In this document: positions 62,406-64,000 of the stretch, in pieces
Layout of the letters: each line of letters starts with the position of its first letter
Position numbering within the stretch: position 1 is the first letter of the stretch
From: an uncultured candidate division Zixibacteria bacterium
Lineage (GTDB): Bacteria; Zixibacteria; MSB-5A5; UBA10806
Assembly (NCBI GenBank): GCA_963801605.1
Contig: CAWDFP010000007.1
Coordinates: 384,001-448,000, forward strand
DNA length: 64,000 bases
Direction: 5' to 3'
The notes under the pieces: model-generated
What the model was told of the DNA's origin: nothing
Seen by the model: the letters and a program-made list of their open reading frames with translations, nothing else
The model's database searches: none
Made by a program: the position numbers and the translations under genes

Positions 62406-62599
62406 TCCTCCAACAAAGATTGTCTCATGCGGCTTATTTCAACCAAAGCACCAGTCCGCATGACAAGCCACAAATTAGCACCTATTTACACAATCGGCAA
62501 TGAAATTCTAAAGTAAAGTTAATCTAAATCATTGACAACAATAATAGGAATAGCTATCATCAAAATCGGTGAAATTTGTTGGATTTTGGGGAGGATTTT

Positions 62600-63413
62600 G
62601 TGAAGTATCTATTGATGATCGCGCTCCTGGCGGGACAATTCCTGCTGATCCAAAATGTTTGCAATGCCTATCCACAATATACGGGATATTCGGGCTCTCC
62701 GGGCAGGCAAGCCTGTTCTATCTCTTGCCATCACAGGCGGAGTTTTGCGCCAACCATCACTGTAAGCGGCTTTCCGCAATCGTATGTGCCGGGCCAGCAA
62801 TATACGATTGCAGTTGGCCATAACGGCGGAAGCAATATCAGCCAATTCAATAGTTCGGTTCGGGTAGGCGCCGGCTCTGTCAATGCGGGAATAATTGCGG
62901 CAGGTTCATTTACAACAGTTTATAATGTGACCGGGGAAACTAACGGAGTGCATTTTTCATCATCCAATAGAGCGTCAGGCGATTTCCGCTGGACCGCACC
63001 GGCGCCAGGAACAGGCACAGTCAAGTTATATCTGGCGGCGCTTCAGGGAAGCTTATCCAGCGGAGCCGATACGCAGATCGTTCTGACAAGCTCAGAGAAC
63101 GTTACCGGAATCGAGGAAGAGCCTGTCAGGCCGCAGAGGATTTCGTTACTACGCAATTATCCCAATCCTTTTAATTCGGAAACGACTAATCGAATTTGGG
63201 TTGGAAAAAGCAGGACAAGCGGAACTAATAATCAGCAATATTATGGGGCAATCAGTTTATCACAAGATGCTGCTTTTCGATAAGCCTGGCACATTTTCAG
63301 TTCGATGGAACGGCAGGAATGAGGCCGGGACGGAGTTACCATCGGGAGTATACTTCTATCAGCTCCGGACTTCGGAAAGCAGTCTAAGCCGTCGAATGCT
63401 ATTTCTTAAGTGA
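62600..63413 (+). CDS. Secreted reeler-like (choice-of-anchor V-like) protein with T9SS type A CTD (one frameshift near 63189)
   Basis: GTG start after GGAGG; GSPGRQACSISCH, YVPGQQYTI, WTAPAPGTGTV; NYPNPFNSETT then IEFGLEKAG...LPSGVYFYQL in the shifted frame. Confidence 0.8.
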
Positions 63414-63614
63414 TGGTCGTAAGCCCATAATACCATAAGGCTTACAAAATCAACTGCTCATATTCGGGAGAATATCGTCGGGCAACTGCCTGACGATATT
63501 TCATTGCTAAAGAAATAAATCAGTTTAGATAAATTTGATACCGATACTTATATATTGACAATAGTAATTATTCCTATTTAATTTGGAGCAGGGAATTAAA
63601 TAGAAGGAGGCAAA

Positions 63615-64000
63615 ATGAAAACCACTGTTTTGACGATTATGATGGGTTTGATTGCGATTCAGGCCTGGGGGCACGCCAGCTATACCGGTTATTCCGGTGC
63701 GCCGGGACGGCAAAGCTGTTCCATGTCCTGCCATCACAAGCGTAACTTCGCGCCAACCGTAACAGTGACCGGATTTCCGCAGACTTATGTACCCGGTCAG
63801 CAATATACGATTGCGGTGGCGCACAGCGGCGGAACGACAATTAAGCAGTTCAACGCCTCGGTGCGGGTTGGTATCGGTTCGACCAACGCAGGCACATTGA
63901 CGACCGGAACCAGCACGTCAATATACAATGTTGGCGGCGAAACCAATGGTGCACATTTTTCGTCATCCGATCAGAACTCCGGGACAATTCTCTGGACAGC
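63615..64000 (+). CDS. Tandem paralog of the reeler-like protein, partial
   Basis: Own translation MKTTVLTIMMGLIAIQAWGHASYTGYSGAPGRQSCSMSCHHKRNFAPT...; AAGGAGG RBS; open to the window end. Confidence 0.85.
   Translation, partial: MKTTVLTIMMGLIAIQAWGHASYTGYSGAPGRQSCSMSCHHKRNFAPTVTVTGFPQTYVPGQQYTIAVAHSGGTTIKQFNASVRVGIGSTNAGTLTTGTSTSIYNVGGETNGAHFSSSDQNSGTILWT

Noticed and set aside
16193..63413. Programmed frameshifting, phase variation or mass pseudogenisation
   Set aside because: Breaks lack slippery heptamers or long repeat tracts, go in both directions and hit essential ssb; sequencing error is simpler
62670..64000. Similar DNA segments as a DGR TR/VR pair
   Set aside because: Both copies are coding with their own RBS and signal peptide, and differences are not adenine-specific; ordinary tandem paralogs

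Overview
A gene-dense bacterial window with no rRNA, tRNA, CRISPR array or intact transposase that I can recognise. The domain repertoire (Cys-rich type-I-like dockerins, FlgD-Ig/T9SS type A C-terminal domains, a PorV-like barrel, PEP-CTERM) suggests an FCB-group organism, most like candidate phylum Zixibacteria (inference). About ten genes, including essential ssb, are split by single-base indels, most likely long-read consensus errors, so I report them joined. Contents in order: (1) an exosortase divergent from a sigma-54-driven PEP-CTERM gene; (2) three cohesin-like proteins, two with a T9SS-type CTD, around an LVIVD-repeat dockerin protein; (3) an NtrC-type regulator, thermonuclease, menG/ubiE, a prenyl synthase and a multi-GAF hybrid kinase cluster; (4) ECF sigma/anti-sigma/YbjQ; (5) papain-dockerin and FN3-dockerin genes, the latter with a long structured leader and duplicated start region; (6) a ~15 kb SusD-less TonB receptor/PorV/lipoprotein locus led by surface proteins made of tandem OB-fold-like modules; (7) an inositol-lipid operon (PAP2/Aur1-like, PIP synthase, ino1) linked to rsmI and a two-subunit NAD synthetase; (8) ssb, DUF2723, an NtrY/NtrX-like pair with an orphan solute-binding protein, a ZIP transporter, ackA/hbd with a decayed toxin-antitoxin-like insert, and tandem reeler-like CX3CH proteins. 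The best candidates for an undescribed system are a non-cellulosomal cohesin-dockerin surface-assembly system and the OB-fold/TonB/PorV locus, a possible extracellular nucleic-acid capture system. All family calls come from motif reading by eye, not database searches.
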